Assembly (NCBI GenBank): GCA_964586235.1
Contig: CAZPIO010000014.1
Coordinates: 8,482 to 72,481 of the forward strand
DNA from: an uncultured Planctomycetales bacterium
GTDB taxonomy: Bacteria > Planctomycetota > Phycisphaerae > UBA1845 > PWPN01
Direction of reading: 5' to 3'
Length of the DNA: 64,000 nucleotides
Part shown: piece after piece, positions 53,728-63,756 of the stretch
Layout: every line of letters starts with the position of its first letter
Numbering within the stretch: the stretch's first letter is position 1
Translations under genes and position numbers: made by a program
The notes under the pieces: model-generated
The model's database searches: none
What the model was told of the DNA's origin: nothing
Seen by the model: only the letters and a program-made list of their open reading frames with translations

Positions 53728-56142
53728 ATGCGTCGCCGCTTTCCCTGCAACCTGATTGTTTTCAGCATGTGTATCCTGCTGCTGAACGAATCGGCCCGGC
53801 CCGGGACCATCAGCGGGCGGCGCGAGGACGAGTTCGGCGACGGAATCCACGAATCCTTCATCTGGTTTACCGGCATCGGCGATAACGCCACCAACGCCTG
53901 GGCCATCGGATGGAGCTGGAGCGGCAACTTCACCATCGACAATGTCCCGGCCGGCCAGTACTACTACGCCGCCAACATGCACGGCGCCCACCGGCACAAC
54001 ATCGGCTCCCTGATCAACGTCCCCTCTTCCGGCACGGTGAACGTGTCCATCAGGGACGTCAGCACCATGAGCAGCTACGGCCTCAGCGACGTGGGCGAAT
54101 GCCAGTGGGCCGCCCAGGAGTTTATCGCGACGGGTACCAGCGTGGCGGAGGTCATGCTCCTTTCGCCCAACGGCGGAAGCCAGGTCCGCGTCACCATCCG
54201 CGAAAACGATCCCTGGGGGTCCCAGATCGGTCCGCACAGCGACGAGACGAACGGGTCGCTCTTTCCCGCCTTCGCCGGCTGGGCACCGGGTGAGGTCCCC
54301 ACCATCCCCGGCCGCCGCTACGTCGTGCGTTTCGACCGTCTCGGGACAGAACCCTGGCGACCCGCCATCTCGTACCGAAATAACGAATACCCGAACGGCG
54401 CCGCCTGGCTTGACGGCGTCTACCGGCCCGAGGTGGATCTCCGCATTTCCGTCGCGTGCCGCGACGATGGATTCGCCAAGGAATACCAGGTCGACAACTG
54501 GTGGCGATCCAAATCGTTCACCGATCTCGTCCAGACGTTCGTCCCCCAAGGCGACCACCTGCGCATCGCGCAGATGATGCTCGCCGGGCAGGAGTCGCAC
54601 CTCATGCGGGTGACGGTCCACGAATGGAACGGTCAGTGGCCGACGGGAGACCAGATCGGCCCCGCCAAACACGGCCGGATGGACGCCAACCTGAAACAAG
54701 GCGTCGTCTGGGGACCCGACGAAGTCCCCCTTACCCCGGGGCGGGCTTACGCGATTCGACTCGTGCGGGTCGACGGCCAGCCCTTCGCCATCTACGGCGA
54801 TTCGGACGACTACTCGCTCGGCCAGGCATACTTCGACGGCCTCCCCGACAACGGCATCGACATCACCGGCACTCTCGTCACTCGGGAGCGCGATCTCGGC
54901 GAGATCACCGTGACCAACATCACCTGCACCGCCATCTCCGCGACTGAGATCCTCGCGACTTTCGACACCGATGTCCCCACAACGTCTGCCGTCGTGTACC
55001 GGACCGAATCGCCCCCTTTCGATGCCATCGCCCCGGTCGAGGAGGATCAGGCGCCGGCACTCTCACACCAGGTCGTCGCTCGAAACCTCACGCCCGGCAC
55101 CACCTACCAGATGTACATCCTCGCCCATAACCCTGGCCGCAACGTGTACCGCTCCTCCTGGAGCAGCGTCGCCACCCCCGGCACCACCGCGGCGTTCGCC
55201 GGCCGCGTCTACAGCCAGATCGGCCCGGTCAGCGGCGCAACTGTCATTTTCGAGGAAGCCGATCTCGCCGCGACCACGAACGAATCGGGCGATTTCAGCT
55301 TCAACGGCGCGCCAACCGGGCACCATAGACTGCGGGTCGAAAAAGTGGCACACGAATCGGCCACTCAAGAGGTCCACGTGACCCCAGACGGGCTCGGCAC
55401 GACGGAAATCGAGATCCTTGCCTGCAGCAACATGCTGGCCGGCACCGACAACAATCCGATCGACGGCTGGACCGAGTTCGGCGAATTCGGCGGACAATGG
55501 AACAGCGGGGACTGGAGCATCAACGCCCGCACCGGCCCCAAATGGGTCGGTTCCGTCCAGAACGGCAGCGGCGGCAAGAAAGGCGGAATCTACCGCGTCA
55601 TTTCCACCCAGTCGGGTAAAGACTACATATTCGGCGGATGGGTGCTGACCAAGGCCTGGGGAACGTCGTACGATCCGATTCCCGGCCTGGCGCTCGCACG
55701 GATCGGCGTCGACCCGACCGGTGGAACCGACCCGGACAGCCCCAGCGTCATCTGGGCCCGATACCGATTCACCGACGGCAACTGGTGGGAACTGACCGTG
55801 CCTTTCACGGCTGGCGGAGACCAGGCCACTCTTTTCTGTCAGCACAAGTACGAGACGTTCTACCTGCTCGCGACCTGGTGGCTGGCCGGCTTCGACGACC
55901 TGTGGTTCGGTGCGCCTCAGCGTCGGGTCCCTGATTTCGACCGGGATGGTGATGTGGACCAGGAGGACTTCGGGCTGCTCCAGGCCTGCTACAGCGGCGC
56001 GGGCATCACCCAGGAGGCACCTGAGTGTCAACGGGCAAGGCTGGACGTGGATGAAGATGTGGACGCCGGCGACTTCATCATTCTCCAGGGCTGCCTCACG
56101 GGCACCGGAGTTCCCGTGGACCCCGCCTGCGCGAACCCATAA
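53728..56142 (+). CDS. Large secreted protein with beta-sandwich (CarboxypepD_reg/FN3-like) modules and a C-terminal dockerin/EF-hand-like repeat pair
   Basis: Signal-like N-terminus MRRRFPCNLIVFSMCILLL. GRVYSQIGPVSGATVIFEEADLAATTNESGDFSFNGAPTGHHRLRV is carboxypeptidase-regulatory-like. The C-terminus is DFDRDGDVDQEDFGLLQACYSG...DVDEDVDAGDFIILQGCLTG. Confidence 0.55.
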   Translation: MRRRFPCNLIVFSMCILLLNESARPGTISGRREDEFGDGIHESFIWFTGIGDNATNAWAIGWSWSGNFTIDNVPAGQYYYAANMHGAHRHNIGSLINVPSSGTVNVSIRDVSTMSSYGLSDVGECQWAAQEFIATGTSVAEVMLLSPNGGSQVRVTIRENDPWGSQIGPHSDETNGSLFPAFAGWAPGEVPTIPGRRYVVRFDRLGTEPWRPAISYRNNEYPNGAAWLDGVYRPEVDLRISVACRDDGFAKEYQVDNWWRSKSFTDLVQTFVPQGDHLRIAQMMLAGQESHLMRVTVHEWNGQWPTGDQIGPAKHGRMDANLKQGVVWGPDEVPLTPGRAYAIRLVRVDGQPFAIYGDSDDYSLGQAYFDGLPDNGIDITGTLVTRERDLGEITVTNITCTAISATEILATFDTDVPTTSAVVYRTESPPFDAIAPVEEDQAPALSHQVVARNLTPGTTYQMYILAHNPGRNVYRSSWSSVATPGTTAAFAGRVYSQIGPVSGATVIFEEADLAATTNESGDFSFNGAPTGHHRLRVEKVAHESATQEVHVTPDGLGTTEIEILACSNMLAGTDNNPIDGWTEFGEFGGQWNSGDWSINARTGPKWVGSVQNGSGGKKGGIYRVISTQSGKDYIFGGWVLTKAWGTSYDPIPGLALARIGVDPTGGTDPDSPSVIWARYRFTDGNWWELTVPFTAGGDQATLFCQHKYETFYLLATWWLAGFDDLWFGAPQRRVPDFDRDGDVDQEDFGLLQACYSGAGITQEAPECQRARLDVDEDVDAGDFIILQGCLTGTGVPVDPACANP

Positions 56143-56304
56143 CGTCCGTTTCGAAATATGCTGGCTTCTAAGGGTAAAGAGAGAATTTAAACTGTAAATG
56201 ACGGCATAGTAAGGCCAGCCCACCCGCCCAGTTGGATTCTCTCTTGGGGTAAGCCAGTCTTACCGGAAGAGGCGGACATCCAACAGGAGAAAACGGAGCT
56301 AACG

Positions 56305-56327
56305 GAGAACGCATTCTCTGCGTTCTC
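56305..56327 (+). other. Perfect 9-bp stem/5-nt loop hairpin GAGAACGCA-ttctc-TGCGTTCTC
   Basis: It lies in the 285-nt intergenic region, 163 nt after the stop at 56142 and 100 nt before ATG 56428. There is no U-tract, so it is not a canonical intrinsic terminator. Confidence 0.3.
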
Positions 56328-56427
56328 ACTCGCCTTCTCTTATCGCTGACAGCTTCTTGCCCGCCGATGTGGCACCCTGCCCCGCCCGATGGTACCATCG
56401 TCCGCATCAACTGACCGGAGGCCCCTC

Positions 56428-57543
56428 ATGACCAGCAAGGAACGCCTGCTCTGCGCGTTGAATCGCGGCAAGCCCGACCGGCTGCCCGTCTCGGTCCACC
56501 AGTGGCAGCAATACCACCTGGACACCTACCTGGGCGGCATCAAGCCCCTGGAGGCGTTCGGGCAATTCGGGATGGACGCCCAGATCCAGTATTTCCAGCT
56601 CATGGGACAGTTCTGGCTGGTCGACGCGGACTTCGCCAAGTTCTCGATAGACGACTGGCGCGACGAGGTCAAGGTCATCAGCGACGATCCGGACAACCGC
56701 ATCGCCCACCACACCATCCACACGCCGGAGGGAACGCTAACCTACAAGACGGCCGGCGACCGCAAGACCACCTGGATCACCGAGTACCTCATCAAACACG
56801 ACGAGGACATCGACCTGATCCGCAAGTACATGCCGGTTCCGGCTCTCGATCCCAGGCCTATCAGCCAGATCTACGACCAGATCGGCGACCGCGGCATCCT
56901 CCGCGGCTTCGTCTGGGGCGACCAGGCCGGCTGCTGGCAGCACGCCTGCTGCCTGATGGACGTGAGCGAACTGATCTACCGCTGCGTCGATCAGCCGGGC
57001 TGGGTACATGAACTGCTGCACATCCTGCTGAGCAAGAAGCTGCGGTTCATCGAGTCGATGAAGGGGGCGAAATTCGACCTGATCGAAACCGGCGGCGGCG
57101 CCGGTTCATCGACGCTGATCTCGCCGGCCATCCACCGCGAGTTCTGCCTGCCCTACGACCACAAGATGCACGATGCCCTGCATGACCTGGGCTTCAAGAT
57201 CACCTACCACACCTGCGGCGGCACGTTCGGGATCGAGGAACTGATCGTCGCCAACGGCTGCGACGCCTCGGAAACGCTTGCCCCACCCAGCGTCGGCGGC
57301 AACCAGGAGCCCTGGGAATTCAAGGCCAAGGTCGGCAACCGTCTGGCCCTGATCGGCGGGGTGGACCAGTTCAACACCGTCACCACCGGCAGCAAGCAAC
57401 AGATCCGCGACAGAATTCACGAGCTGTTCGAGAAGGTCGGATATGACGGCGGCTACATCTGCTCGCTCAGCGATCACTTCTTCGAGACACCGCCCGAGAA
57501 TCTCCAGGCGTTCGCCAATGCGGCCCGAGAGTGCGTCTACTGA
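56428..57543 (+). CDS. Uroporphyrinogen decarboxylase (URO-D)/MtaA-like family protein, paralog 2
   Basis: MTSKERLLCALNRGKPDRLPVSVHQW...YHTCGG...GGYICSLSDHF. The start is trimmed from 56389. Confidence 0.7.
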   Translation: MTSKERLLCALNRGKPDRLPVSVHQWQQYHLDTYLGGIKPLEAFGQFGMDAQIQYFQLMGQFWLVDADFAKFSIDDWRDEVKVISDDPDNRIAHHTIHTPEGTLTYKTAGDRKTTWITEYLIKHDEDIDLIRKYMPVPALDPRPISQIYDQIGDRGILRGFVWGDQAGCWQHACCLMDVSELIYRCVDQPGWVHELLHILLSKKLRFIESMKGAKFDLIETGGGAGSSTLISPAIHREFCLPYDHKMHDALHDLGFKITYHTCGGTFGIEELIVANGCDASETLAPPSVGGNQEPWEFKAKVGNRLALIGGVDQFNTVTTGSKQQIRDRIHELFEKVGYDGGYICSLSDHFFETPPENLQAFANAARECVY

Positions 57544-59015
57544 CCAGACGGCTGCGATGACACGGCCAGTCGAGGCCCGCCTGGTATCCAACACAACGCA
57601 TACTCCTGCCCTTCGTGATCCTCCGCCTGATCGACCACGACCAGGCCCTTCTCTTGAAGGTCGTCGGCCAGTCTGATCTGCTTGTCGGCCAGGATCAGGC
57701 AAGCCGGCCCCGGAGGCAGCCGTCCGCCGATCTGCCATGCGCGAACCGGCCGCCCCAGATACCACAATAGCGAACTGTGACTGTCCTCCGTATCCACGTA
57801 CACGGTCTGCCCCGCGGGAACGTACGCAGCGAATCGAGCCGCAAGATCGCGTTGTGAGTCGTCCCAGGCACGCCTGGGTTCGAACACACTCACGTAGATA
57901 ATCCAATAAATGCCGCCTGCCAGGATCATCCACACGGCCGGGTCAGCCGTCATCCTCAGCCATCGCGCCTTGGCCGGCGACGTCCCCGCCGGGATGCGGA
58001 ACCGGAACGTCTCGACATACAACCCCGCCAGCACTGCCAGCGAGGTGATAAGGGGAAGATAGTAACGCGTGTTGCTGACTGGCGAGACCATGAGCAGCGC
58101 CGTCCCCGTCAGAAGAAAGGCCCAAGCCGCCCGCCGAAGCCTGACCAACAGAGGCTCGGCGCTTTCGGTCGCTCGCCGAACAAACATCAGCGCCAGAAGC
58201 GCCGAGCACGGCAGGAAAACGGTCAGGCTGATCGCGGGTTTCACCAGTCCCATCAGGATGGTGCCCAGCCGCCACCGCGTGCCGCGAAAGAAGATCTCGA
58301 TCAGGTGCTGCGTGAACACCAGCGATCCGCCTTCGCCCACCGCCAGCACCAGGTACGCCGCCACCCCCAGCACGAAAAGCCCGACGGCTGCCAAGTGCTG
58401 CCACCGCAGAAGCAGCCGTGCCTGCCGCAGCACGACCGCTGCCACGAACAGACCGGCTCCATAAGTGACCACCGCGGGCAGCCCTTTCGCCAGAAAGCCG
58501 AACAGCAGGCCCGCATAGCCCAACAGCCACCATGAGAAGCTGGATTCCTGCCTCGCCAGGTTGCGCATCGCGGCCAGAGTGGCGATCCCACAGCCGAGGG
58601 CCATTGGCATGTCAAACCCGACCATTCGCGTCTGCTCGACAAACAGGCACGCAGTAACCGCGGCCAGCCCGCTGACCAGCCCGCATCGCGGTGACACCAG
58701 CCGGCCCATCGCCAGGCAGATTGACAGCCCGAGCACCACACCACACATGGCCGTCGGCAGCCGTAGCGACCACTCCGACCAGCCGACCGTCGCTCCCGAA
58801 GCGGCGGCCATCCAATAGGCCAGCGCCGGCTTGAAGGCGTAGATCTCGCCGTACAGCCGGGGCACGAACCACCCGCCCTCATCAACCATATGCCTCGCGC
58901 CCAGGGCGATGATCGGCTCCATTCGGATAAGGTCTGTGTTGCCGAGAAGGGCGAGCGACCATACGGTCGCAAAGCAAAGATAAACCAGTACGGAGGTGGA
59001 TCTGGACAGGGTCAT
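57537..59015 (-). CDS. ArnT/PMT-like (GT83/GT39) lipid-linked-sugar glycosyltransferase, polytopic
   Basis: Start MTLSRSTSVLVYL. EPIIALGARHMVDEGGWFVPRLYGEIYAFKPALAYWM. At least 10 hydrophobic segments and a C-terminal soluble domain. Confidence 0.65.
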   Translation of the reverse strand: MTLSRSTSVLVYLCFATVWSLALLGNTDLIRMEPIIALGARHMVDEGGWFVPRLYGEIYAFKPALAYWMAAASGATVGWSEWSLRLPTAMCGVVLGLSICLAMGRLVSPRCGLVSGLAAVTACLFVEQTRMVGFDMPMALGCGIATLAAMRNLARQESSFSWWLLGYAGLLFGFLAKGLPAVVTYGAGLFVAAVVLRQARLLLRWQHLAAVGLFVLGVAAYLVLAVGEGGSLVFTQHLIEIFFRGTRWRLGTILMGLVKPAISLTVFLPCSALLALMFVRRATESAEPLLVRLRRAAWAFLLTGTALLMVSPVSNTRYYLPLITSLAVLAGLYVETFRFRIPAGTSPAKARWLRMTADPAVWMILAGGIYWIIYVSVFEPRRAWDDSQRDLAARFAAYVPAGQTVYVDTEDSHSSLLWYLGRPVRAWQIGGRLPPGPACLILADKQIRLADDLQEKGLVVVDQAEDHEGQEYALCWIPGGPRLAVSSQPSGQ

Positions 59016-59192
59016 AAACCGACCGCTCGCCTCCGCTTCAGAAGCCCCAGGAACAGGGAGAATCCCAGATTCTTTTACCTGAGAGGCCCCCTCCGCACAA
59101 CTCCCATCCACACTCGACTCGGAAACAACCTGTGTCCGTAGCAGGGTGGCATGGCCAGGCCCCGGCTTGCCGGAGCGCCGCCATGTCCATGC

Positions 59193-60047
59193 TCAGCGAT
59201 CCAGCCTGATCGTGTGCGTTACCATCACTTCGTCCTTGGCGTCAGGAGGCGTAATCGCGACCAGTTCCCCCCGCGGGCTGATGACGTAGGCCGCACCTCG
59301 CTTGAGGTTCTTCCTTTCATCGTGCGGTGTGGCGTCACATGCGACGTACCAGACACTGTTCTCCCTGGCCCGGGCATACGTGTATGGCCGTTTGCCGGTC
59401 AACAGCTCGTCGGGATCGGTCCCGTTGGCATAAGGCGCGAGGATGACCTCCGCCCCGCCCGCCCGAAGCTTGCTGCAAGTCTCAGGATGAACCGACTCGA
59501 AGCAGATTGCGATGCCGATTCGCACGCCCTTCAACTCGAACACGTTGGCGTCATCACCCGGATCCCAGAATTTCTCCTCTCCCGCCGCCAGGCTGGTCTT
59601 GCGGTGATGCGCAACCACACCGCCGCCGTTGATCACGGCTTGCGTGATGTGGACCTTGTCGCCCGCCCGCTCGCTCATGCCCACCGCCAGAACGACACCC
59701 AGTTCCTTCGCCAGTTTCGTGAGCCGCTGGACGGAAGGCCCGTCGAGTGGCTCGGCGTAAGGCCGAATCTCACGGCTGGCCCACCAGCCGCTGATGCCCG
59801 TCTCCGGGAACAGGACCAGATCAGCACCCGCCGCCGCCGCCCGCCTCGCCCAGAACTCGATCCTCGACAGGTTGAACTCGACGTTGCGGATCCGGCTCTC
59901 ACAAGACACGGCCGCCACCGTCAGCGTGCGAGCCGGCCGGATCGACGGTTGAATCGTCTCGGCACTCTTGCCCGACCCGCAACCCGATACGACAGCCAGG
60001 CTGCCGATCACCACAAGGACAGACCACAAAGATACACAACGCATCAT
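59193..60047 (-). CDS. Carbon-nitrogen hydrolase (nitrilase superfamily) lipoprotein
   Basis: MMRCVSLWSVLVVIGSLAVVSGC is a lipobox. The E-K-C triad contexts are LVLFPETG, HHRKTSL and IGIAICFES. Confidence 0.75.
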   Translation of the reverse strand: MMRCVSLWSVLVVIGSLAVVSGCGSGKSAETIQPSIRPARTLTVAAVSCESRIRNVEFNLSRIEFWARRAAAAGADLVLFPETGISGWWASREIRPYAEPLDGPSVQRLTKLAKELGVVLAVGMSERAGDKVHITQAVINGGGVVAHHRKTSLAAGEEKFWDPGDDANVFELKGVRIGIAICFESVHPETCSKLRAGGAEVILAPYANGTDPDELLTGKRPYTYARARENSVWYVACDATPHDERKNLKRGAAYVISPRGELVAITPPDAKDEVMVTHTIRLDR

Positions 60048-60289
60048 GATCCCCAATCGGCAGGCCCCCGGAGAGACCCCACACCCCGTCTGCAGACCGC
60101 CGATGAATCCGCCCATACCGCGACCACCGCCAATGACCATAGTACGCCATTCAGCTATCCCGCGGCAACTGGCGCCCGGTCACTGATTTCCCGGCTGGGC
60201 GGTCAAGTGCACCGCAGCGGGCACCGCGATGTCTGCCTTCTCAGGAATAGCACGGCATCCTTGATTCGTGTAGAATAGCCAGCGAGACC

Positions 60290-61402
60290 ATGGATATTCT
60301 GAGCCGCTTACGATCGAGACAAAGGTACGTGCTGGCCTACGTGTTGACCCTGGTGGTCGCGGTCGGCGTCATCATCGGCGTCGGCCTGCCGCAACCCTGG
60401 GCGACGCTGGCCACGGCGGCGGTCGCGCTGACGGCCGCGTGGGTCATTTCGCGAATCGCCTGCAGGCAGCTTCGCAAGCGGCTCCACCGGCTGCGCGAGG
60501 CCGTCGACGCGTTCGGCCGCGGCGATCTCACGCCCGTCATCGAGCACCCGGCCGACGATGATTTTGTCAAACTGAGCGACTCGCTCGAGAGAATACTGCG
60601 GCAACTCAAGGAAACCTGCTGCGAGCATGAGCGACTTCGCCAACAACTGACCCGCAGCGAGAAGCTCGCCCTCATCGGCGAACTGGCCGCAACCGTCGCC
60701 CACGAGGTGAACAACCCGCTCGACGGCCTTCAGAACAGCACCCGCATCATCCGCCGGAACATGAACAACCCGGATCAGGTGCGACAACTGCTCGATCTGA
60801 TGGACGCCGGTCTCTACCGCATCGAGATGATCATGCGAAGACTGCTGACCATGTCGCGGGATGAGCCCCTGTCCCTCGCGCCGATCCGCCTGGACGAGGT
60901 CGTGGATGACGCCCTCATGTTTGCTCAACCGAAGCTGGATCGCCGGCGTATCGAACTGGTGCGCGATTTCCCTGACTTTCCGGTATTCGCCCGGGCCGAC
61001 CGCCTGCAGATGGCGCAAGTGCTCATCAACCTGCTGATCAACGCCGCAGATGCCACGCCCGCCGGCGGCAGGATCACGATCCGCTGCCGATGCGGGGAAT
61101 ACGGAAGGTCGGTGCTGCTGGACGTGATCGACACGGGCATGGGAATCGCGCCCGAGCACCTGCCGCACATCTTCGAGCCGTTCTACACGACCAAGAGCAA
61201 AGGCGGCACGGGTCTGGGCCTGGCGGTCGTGTCGCGCATCGTCCAGGCACACGGCGGGACCGTGAAAGTCGAGAGTGAACTGAACAAGGGCACGCGTTTT
61301 CGCATTACCCTGCCGGCAATCCAGCAGATCGAGCGGCCGTCGTGTGCGCCCGAGGGCATCGACTTGCCGGTCGCCAAGCCTCGGACAGTCGCTCAGGGGT
61401 GA
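60290..61402 (+). CDS. Sensor histidine kinase (2 TM + HAMP + HisKA + HATPase_c), no adjacent response regulator
   Basis: H-box AATVAHEVNNPL, N-box LINLLINAADA, G1 DTGMGI, G2 GGTGLGLAV. Confidence 0.88.
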   Translation: MDILSRLRSRQRYVLAYVLTLVVAVGVIIGVGLPQPWATLATAAVALTAAWVISRIACRQLRKRLHRLREAVDAFGRGDLTPVIEHPADDDFVKLSDSLERILRQLKETCCEHERLRQQLTRSEKLALIGELAATVAHEVNNPLDGLQNSTRIIRRNMNNPDQVRQLLDLMDAGLYRIEMIMRRLLTMSRDEPLSLAPIRLDEVVDDALMFAQPKLDRRRIELVRDFPDFPVFARADRLQMAQVLINLLINAADATPAGGRITIRCRCGEYGRSVLLDVIDTGMGIAPEHLPHIFEPFYTTKSKGGTGLGLAVVSRIVQAHGGTVKVESELNKGTRFRITLPAIQQIERPSCAPEGIDLPVAKPRTVAQG

Positions 61403-61567
61403 ACCACCCCGGCCAATCACCTGGCCGGGTTTCGATTCCCACCGCTCGGCGTCCCCCTCGCCAACTGCCGACGGCGGTCTCTGTCCCGAGCGCAAGTCGA
61501 GGGGCCTACCCGCCGCCGCGGCACATGGCTGGCGGCCGGTCCTCGTGGCTCTTGGTTCTCGACACCC

Positions 61568-63661
61568 TCAGCGCCGCTGAAGACGGATATAGTCCAACCC
61601 CACGCTGTGGCCGGCGCACCTCTCCGACGGCCCCTCGTAACGGACAATCAACTTCAGGTCACCCTTCGGCAATTCGACGGTTCCGGACGAAAACTCCCGC
61701 AGCATCTGGCGGGCCGGGGCGCAGAGGTTAATCACGCCCTTCTCGCCGCCGACAATCGGCTTGTCGTCGATGCGCGCGGAGATCGTCCCCGATCCACCGT
61801 CGAGCGCCGCGGCCACATGCAGAACGTACTTGCCCGCCTCAGCGACAGGTACGGACAGCGCCAGTTCGTCGCCCTTGCGAGCGGGTTCCCACAACAGCAT
61901 CTTGCCCCGGGCATACAACCGGCCTTCAACCAGCTTCGTGCCGGCCGCCGCCTTGGCCAGATCCTCGATATGGTAATAGGTGGATTTCGCCGTCCAGCCC
62001 CTGGACGGAGGCTGCCAGTCGGCCGGAAGCTCCAACGGCCGGACATCCTCGCCGGTAATCGGCACATGGTCGTCCATCAGCCCCGGCCGGGCATAGTGAT
62101 AGCCGATCCGGGCGTAGGACATCCCCGGCGTCCGCTCATGATGGAACAACTCCATATAGAACGCGATGCTCTGCTTGAACGGCAGCGCGTCGATGACGTG
62201 CCATCGGTTGTTGGTCACGAACCCGCGGACCCCCGGCCCGTCGTTTCGCGGCTGGCCGCAGTAGGCGTGGTGGAAAATGTCCGGCGACGACCACGCGTAG
62301 TTGTAGTAATCCTCGGAGCCCGTGCCGAACGTGGAAGGCCTGACGTCGTCATCAACGAAAACCTTCTCATCGCCCTCGCCCCACCATCCGCCGCCGGCGG
62401 TCGGCATGGCAGTGGTGTTCAGCAGAAGCGAAGCGGTGCCCACGTAGACCCCGCCGCCGCGGGCCATCAGGAACGGCAGATCCTGGACCGCATCACCGGC
62501 GCCGACGAGATCATGATCCACCCGCCAGCGGGCGCGGAAATACATCGAGGTGCTATCGCTCCATTTGTACTCCGTCGGCAACGCCGAACCGCTGATCGAG
62601 ACCGCCTGCTGCCCGAGGTTCTGCGCGACAATCCGCATCGAGCGGGCAAAGGGCATCAGGAATCGGCTGGTCATCGTGCCATCAGCCTCAACGGTGAAGG
62701 GTACCGAATCGTAAGGGTTGATTCCCGGCGCGGCTCCGAAGAAGTCCCCCACCGGCGACTGCACCTGCCCCCAGGTATAGCCGTCACAGAGGACGTGCAG
62801 AACCGTCTGACGAAGGGCGAGATCAACGTCCTTGGCAGCCAGCTTCAACGTCAGCCGCTCGACGGCCTTCGGGCCGTCCAGCTTGAGAACCTCTTTCATC
62901 TCGCCGCCCGCCAGGTCGGTCTTAATCTCGACCGGCGCGGCAATCGAGGAGTATTTCCAGTTTGCCGCCGGAGCGGCCAGCACTTTGCCGACCTCGCGGA
63001 TCTCATCCGCGTACTTCCTGACATCCACGGGCCGGAAAGTCACGACCTCGGCCGTCGGCTCGTACAGTCGGATCTGGATCTGGTAGAAATGGATCTCCTT
63101 CACATTGCCTGCCCAGACAATCCGGCACTGTTTGGCGAAAGGCATGGGCGCATAACCGGCCCGGTTCTGCTGGAACGAGTTGCGATAGAAGTCCGGATCG
63201 ATGCCCGCTTCCCTGCTGAAAGGCTCGTAGGGGCGATACAGGAACTCCTCGGCCGGGCCGTCGAAGAGCGGCTTGTCCATATCGTCGAGGTACAGACGGA
63301 TCTTGCCCCTGATCGCAGCCGTCCAGGTCCGCACAATCGCCCCTGGCCCCTTCACGTCACAGATAAGATACTCGCCCGGCTTGCCCTCGGCCGGTTCACG
63401 AATAACCTTCTCGAAGTTGGGAACCGGCTCGCCTCCAAAGCCGTCCGAGTTGGCGAACCACTCCGGCCCGCCCGGCACCGTGCTGCGATGATCGTACGAA
63501 GAGAACTGAACGGTCCTGTACGCCGGGTTCGGGAAATCGGCCAGGCGTTTCAGGTCGATCATCTCCCGCAGCAGCGAGCCGGTCGTGATCGGCTCGGCAC
63601 GAATCGCAGTAACCGACAGAACGCTGATCAACCCCGATACCCAAACCCAAGTTCGTGTCAT
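61568..63661 (-). CDS. GH172/DUF2961-family protein with an extra C-terminal beta-sandwich domain, secreted
   Basis: Start MTRTWVWVSGLISVLSVTAIRA (GGAAGGAG RBS). FSSYDHRS...WFANSDGFGG...YLICDVKGPGAIVRTWTA...IRLYLDD is the DUF2961 signature as I recall it. Confidence 0.7.
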   Translation of the reverse strand: MTRTWVWVSGLISVLSVTAIRAEPITTGSLLREMIDLKRLADFPNPAYRTVQFSSYDHRSTVPGGPEWFANSDGFGGEPVPNFEKVIREPAEGKPGEYLICDVKGPGAIVRTWTAAIRGKIRLYLDDMDKPLFDGPAEEFLYRPYEPFSREAGIDPDFYRNSFQQNRAGYAPMPFAKQCRIVWAGNVKEIHFYQIQIRLYEPTAEVVTFRPVDVRKYADEIREVGKVLAAPAANWKYSSIAAPVEIKTDLAGGEMKEVLKLDGPKAVERLTLKLAAKDVDLALRQTVLHVLCDGYTWGQVQSPVGDFFGAAPGINPYDSVPFTVEADGTMTSRFLMPFARSMRIVAQNLGQQAVSISGSALPTEYKWSDSTSMYFRARWRVDHDLVGAGDAVQDLPFLMARGGGVYVGTASLLLNTTAMPTAGGGWWGEGDEKVFVDDDVRPSTFGTGSEDYYNYAWSSPDIFHHAYCGQPRNDGPGVRGFVTNNRWHVIDALPFKQSIAFYMELFHHERTPGMSYARIGYHYARPGLMDDHVPITGEDVRPLELPADWQPPSRGWTAKSTYYHIEDLAKAAAGTKLVEGRLYARGKMLLWEPARKGDELALSVPVAEAGKYVLHVAAALDGGSGTISARIDDKPIVGGEKGVINLCAPARQMLREFSSGTVELPKGDLKLIVRYEGPSERCAGHSVGLDYIRLQRR

Positions 63662-63756
63662 GTGCGTACTCCTTCCAGGGTAAACAACTCCTCGTGTCCG
63701 TCTTGGACTGCAGAAGTGTAGCACAAACGCCGAAGATCTGAAGACCCGCCAGTGTC

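Noticed and set aside
53473-63721. ORFs 53473-54699 (-), 55063-56223 (-), 57106-57933 (-), 59151-60278 (+), 60308-61495 (-) and 61607-63721 (+)
   Set aside because: They are antisense to better-supported genes: the secreted dockerin-like protein, URO-D paralog 2/ArnT-like, the nitrilase-family protein, the histidine kinase and GH172. All have low-complexity composition.
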